Assembly (NCBI GenBank): GCA_046598045.1
Contig: JBKJJJ010000011.1
Coordinates: 1-18,500 of the forward strand
Direction: 5' to 3'
DNA length: 18,500 nt
Source: Candidatus Eiseniibacteriota bacterium
GTDB taxonomy: Bacteria; Eisenbacteria; RBG-16-71-46; DASYSL01
Shown: one piece after another, positions 15,760 to 18,500 of the stretch
How positions within the stretch are numbered: position 1 is the stretch's first letter
Layout: every line of letters begins with the position of its first letter
Notes under the pieces: model-generated
The model's database searches: none
What the model was told of the DNA's origin: nothing
What the model saw: only the letters and a program-made list of their open reading frames with translations
Translations under genes and position numbers: made by a program

Positions 15760-16892
15760 TCTGGATCCGGATTCTCGTAGTTGATGGTTGGGGGAACGAC
15801 ACCACGCGTGATCACCAGCGCCGAAACCGCGGCCTCGAGAGCGCCCGCGGCGCCCAGCAAGTGGCCGGTCATGGACTTCGTCGAAGCCAGCATGACGTTC
15901 CGTGCGAGGTCTCCCATGACCGTCTTGACCGCCGTGGTTTCGGTGCGGTCGTTGTACGGCGTCGAGGTTCCGTGCGCGTTGATGTACTGCACGTCCTCGG
16001 GCCGCATTCCGGCGTCCTCGAGTGCCGCGCGCATCGAGCGCACGGCCCCGTCGCCGTTCGGTGCGGGAGTGGTGATGTGGTACGCGTCGCCGGTTGCGCC
16101 ATAGCCCGCAAGCTCGCAGATCACAGGCGCACCGCGCCTCTTTGCGTGCTCTTCGGTCTCGAGGACGAGGATGACTGCGCCCTCGCCCATGACGAATCCG
16201 TCGCGTTGCGCGTCGAAGGGCCGTGAGGCCCGGGTGGGTTCGTCGTTCCGTGTGGACATCGCCTTCATGGAGCAGAACCCGGCGATCGCCATGGGCGACA
16301 CCGTGGCTTCCGACCCACCTGCGATGACGACGTCCGCGTCGTCGTGCTGCAGGATCCGAAGCGCTTCACCGATCGCATTGGCCGACGACGTGCAGGCCGA
16401 GACGGTCGTGAAGTTCGGACCCTTGGCCCCGAGGGCGATCGACACCTGGCCGGAGGCCATGTTGCTGATCATCATCGGGATGAAGAAGGGACTGACGCGG
16501 TCCGGGCCTTTCTCAAGCAGGTTCCGGTGCTGCGTCTCGAAGGTCTCGATGCCACCGATACCCGATCCCAGGATGACGCCGATCCGATTGGCGTCGAGGG
16601 CGGGCACGTCGAGGCGTGCGTGGGTAACGGCCTGGCGGGCCGCACCGACTGCGAGCTGGACGAAGCGATCGTTCCGCTTCGCCTCCTTGCGCTCCATGTA
16701 GAGGGTCGGATCGAAGTCCTTGACCTCTGCCGCGATGCGCGTCGCGTACGCCGTGGCATCGAAGCGGGTGATCGGAGTCACCCCGCTGTTGCCGGCAAGC
16801 AGGTTCGTCCACATCGTCTCGAGATCGTTGCCGAGAGGAGTGATCGCACCGATGCCGGTGATGACGACCTTGATATCCTTGTCCCTGGTCAC
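15630..16892 (-). CDS. fabF: 3-oxoacyl-ACP synthase II
   Basis: VVITGIGAITPLG, active-site SACTS, YINAHGTST, STKSMTGHLLGAAG and SNSMGFGGHN. GTG start with AAGGGA SD. Confidence 0.97.
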   Translation of the reverse strand: MTRDKDIKVVITGIGAITPLGNDLETMWTNLLAGNSGVTPITRFDATAYATRIAAEVKDFDPTLYMERKEAKRNDRFVQLAVGAARQAVTHARLDVPALDANRIGVILGSGIGGIETFETQHRNLLEKGPDRVSPFFIPMMISNMASGQVSIALGAKGPNFTTVSACTSSANAIGEALRILQHDDADVVIAGGSEATVSPMAIAGFCSMKAMSTRNDEPTRASRPFDAQRDGFVMGEGAVILVLETEEHAKRRGAPVICELAGYGATGDAYHITTPAPNGDGAVRSMRAALEDAGMRPEDVQYINAHGTSTPYNDRTETTAVKTVMGDLARNVMLASTKSMTGHLLGAAGALEAAVSALVITRGVVPPTINYENPDPECDLDCVPNQARTVHVTGALSNSMGFGGHNGTLAFRAIPTGTG

Positions 16893-16921
16893 AGGTTTCC
16901 CTTGTTGGTGGTCCTTGTTCG

Positions 16922-16980
16922 GACGGCGCGCTGGGATCGGGCGCCCGCTGGGCGTCCCCCGATCCGCACGGCGCGTCGTC
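16922..16980 (-). other. Long bulged stem-loop between acpP and fabF
   Basis: Nested pairing of GACG.CGCGC/GCGCG.CGTC, GGATCGGG/CCCGATCC and CGCCC/GGGCG around an AGC loop. No U-tract. Confidence 0.7.
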
Positions 16981-16981
16981 G

Positions 16982-17218
16982 TTACTGCGTGTGCTGCTTG
17001 AGGTAGCTCAGCGCGTCGCCGACGGTCTTGAACTTGTCGGCGTCCTCGTCGTGAATGTCGAGGCCGAACTCCTCCTCGAGCGCCATGACCAGCTCGACTG
17101 TGTCGAGCGAGTCCGCGCCGAGATCCTCGATGAACTTGGCATCCGGCGTGAGCTGGTCCAGGGTGACGTCGAGCTCCTTGGCGATGATCTCCTTGGCCTT
17201 CTCTTCGCTATAAGCCAT
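16982..17218 (-). CDS. acpP: Acyl carrier protein
   Basis: [20 protein letters not shown] phosphopantetheine site. ATG 17218 follows a strong AGGAGGAGGTG SD. Confidence 0.97.
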   Translation of the reverse strand: MAYSEEKAKEIIAKELDVTLDQLTPDAKFIEDLGADSLDTVELVMALEEEFGLDIHDEDADKFKTVGDALSYLKQHTQ

Positions 17219-17249
17219 TCCGTTCACCTCCTCCTTGGTTGGTGCAGAC

Positions 17250-18014
17250 TCAGGCCATCACCATTCCGCCGTCCACGTGCCAGACCTGTCCGGTCACATA
17301 GCCGGCCTCGGGTGAGGCCAGGAAACGAACCACCGCAGCCACGTCGGCAGGATCACCGAAGCGGCCGAGGGGGATCGCCGTGCCCATCGCGGAGCTCTGC
17401 TCCTCGGTGAGCGCATCGGTCATCGCCGTCTTGATGAAGCCCGGCGCGACCGCGTTGACCGTCACTCCGCGCGGCGCGAACTCGCGCGCCAGCGCCTTGG
17501 TCAGGCCAATCACGCCCGCCTTCGACGCGACGTAATTGGCCTGTCCCGGGTTCCCGATCACGCCCACCACCGAGGTGATGTTCACGATGCGCCCGCTCTT
17601 CTGCTTGAGCAGGGTGCGCGCCGCGGCGCGGCAGCAGTGGAACACGCCCTTGAGGTTGGTGTCGATCACCTCGTCCCACTGCTCGTCGGTCATGCGCAGG
17701 ATCAAACCGTCCCGCGTCACCCCGGAGTTGTTGACCAAAATGTCCAGCCGCCCCTGCGCCTTCAGGACGGTCTCGAACGCCGCGTTGACCTGCGCCTCGT
17801 CCGTGACGTCGGCGCCGAGCGCGTCGGCGTGGCCGCCCTGTTCGAGCACCGCGCCGGCCGCGACCTGTGCGCGCTCGAGGTTGCGCGCCACGATCGTGAC
17901 GCTCGCTCCCGCCGCGGTCAGCGCGTCGACGACGGCGCGGCCGATGCCGGTCGCGCCGCCGGTGACGATCGCGACCTGGCCCTCGAGGACCCGGTTCGTC
18001 GGCAGTTCGCTCAC
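17250..18014 (-). CDS. fabG: 3-oxoacyl-ACP reductase
   Basis: [28 protein letters not shown] and [13 protein letters not shown] motifs. The GTG overlaps the fabD stop. Confidence 0.96.
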   Translation of the reverse strand: MSELPTNRVLEGQVAIVTGGATGIGRAVVDALTAAGASVTIVARNLERAQVAAGAVLEQGGHADALGADVTDEAQVNAAFETVLKAQGRLDILVNNSGVTRDGLILRMTDEQWDEVIDTNLKGVFHCCRAAARTLLKQKSGRIVNITSVVGVIGNPGQANYVASKAGVIGLTKALAREFAPRGVTVNAVAPGFIKTAMTDALTEEQSSAMGTAIPLGRFGDPADVAAVVRFLASPEAGYVTGQVWHVDGGMVMA

Positions 18015-18500
18015 GCCCGCGCCTCCTGACCGAACGCCGCGAGCGTCTCCTCGAGGCTCGCGGGATCGTCGATGTTCGCGCTCCTGCTCTCGGGCGCGAT
18101 CGACTTGAGCAGGCCGCGCAGCACGCGCCCGGTGCCCAGCTCGATGAAGCCCGTCACGCCCAGCTCAATCAGTCTGCGCATCGATTCCTCCCAGCGCACG
18201 GCGCCCAGCAATTGGCGCCCGAGGCGATCGGTGATGTCCAAGGCCTTGATCACGGGTTGCGCGTCGACGTTCGCGATCACGGGGATGTGCGCATCGCGTA
18301 CCGGCACCTGCGCGAGCGCGGCCACGAGGCCCTCGGTCGCCGGGCCCATCAAAAGCGAGTGGAACGCCCCGGCGACCGGCAGGCGGAGCGCGCGCTTCGC
18401 GCCCTTCTCCTTGCACAGCGCCATCGCGAGCTCGACCGCGTCCACCGCGCCCGAGATCACGACCTGGCCGGGCGAGTTGAAGTTTGCCGCGACCACGCTG
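18011..18500 (-). CDS. fabD: Malonyl-CoA:ACP transacylase (C-terminal part; start lies beyond the window)
   Basis: ANFNSPGQVVISG, LPVAGAFHS, VRWEESM and FIELGTGRVLRGL motifs; directly upstream of fabG. Confidence 0.95.
   Translation of the reverse strand, partial: SVVAANFNSPGQVVISGAVDAVELAMALCKEKGAKRALRLPVAGAFHSLLMGPATEGLVAALAQVPVRDAHIPVIANVDAQPVIKALDITDRLGRQLLGAVRWEESMRRLIELGVTGFIELGTGRVLRGLLKSIAPESRSANIDDPASLEETLAAFGQEARA

Noticed and set aside
13138..15780. 880-aa plus-strand ORF with RTL/AAF repeats
   Set aside because: It mirrors the 9-bp repeats of the rnc tail; the minus frame carries the RNase III motifs.

Overview
High-GC bacterial chromosomal segment with every credible gene on the minus strand. 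In transcription order (right to left): fabD (partial), fabG, acpP, fabF, rnc, dppA-dppB-dppC (no ATPase genes), an AT-richer three-gene islet (RelE/HigB-like toxin, XRE-HTH antitoxin with a long C-terminal tail, DUF3467-like protein), a TPR protein, an ECF sigma factor, a zinc-binding anti-sigma factor, an HtrA-like PDZ protein, aroB, aroQ, accB, a PilT/PilU-family ATPase and accC (partial). Three items stand out. (1) The RNase III carries an RNase E-like amphipathic helix and about 430 aa of Arg/Glu repeat tail, suggesting a membrane-tethered scaffold or condensate role. (2) The toxin-antitoxin islet is laid out like a toxin-antitoxin-chaperone (TAC) system but has a DUF3467-like third gene instead of SecB, with its own promoter and operator. 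(3) The ECF module's HtrA-like protein lacks the catalytic His, while the anti-sigma factor ends in a PDZ-ligand-like Ile-Thr-Phe. All family calls are by-eye motif recognition; no searches were run.
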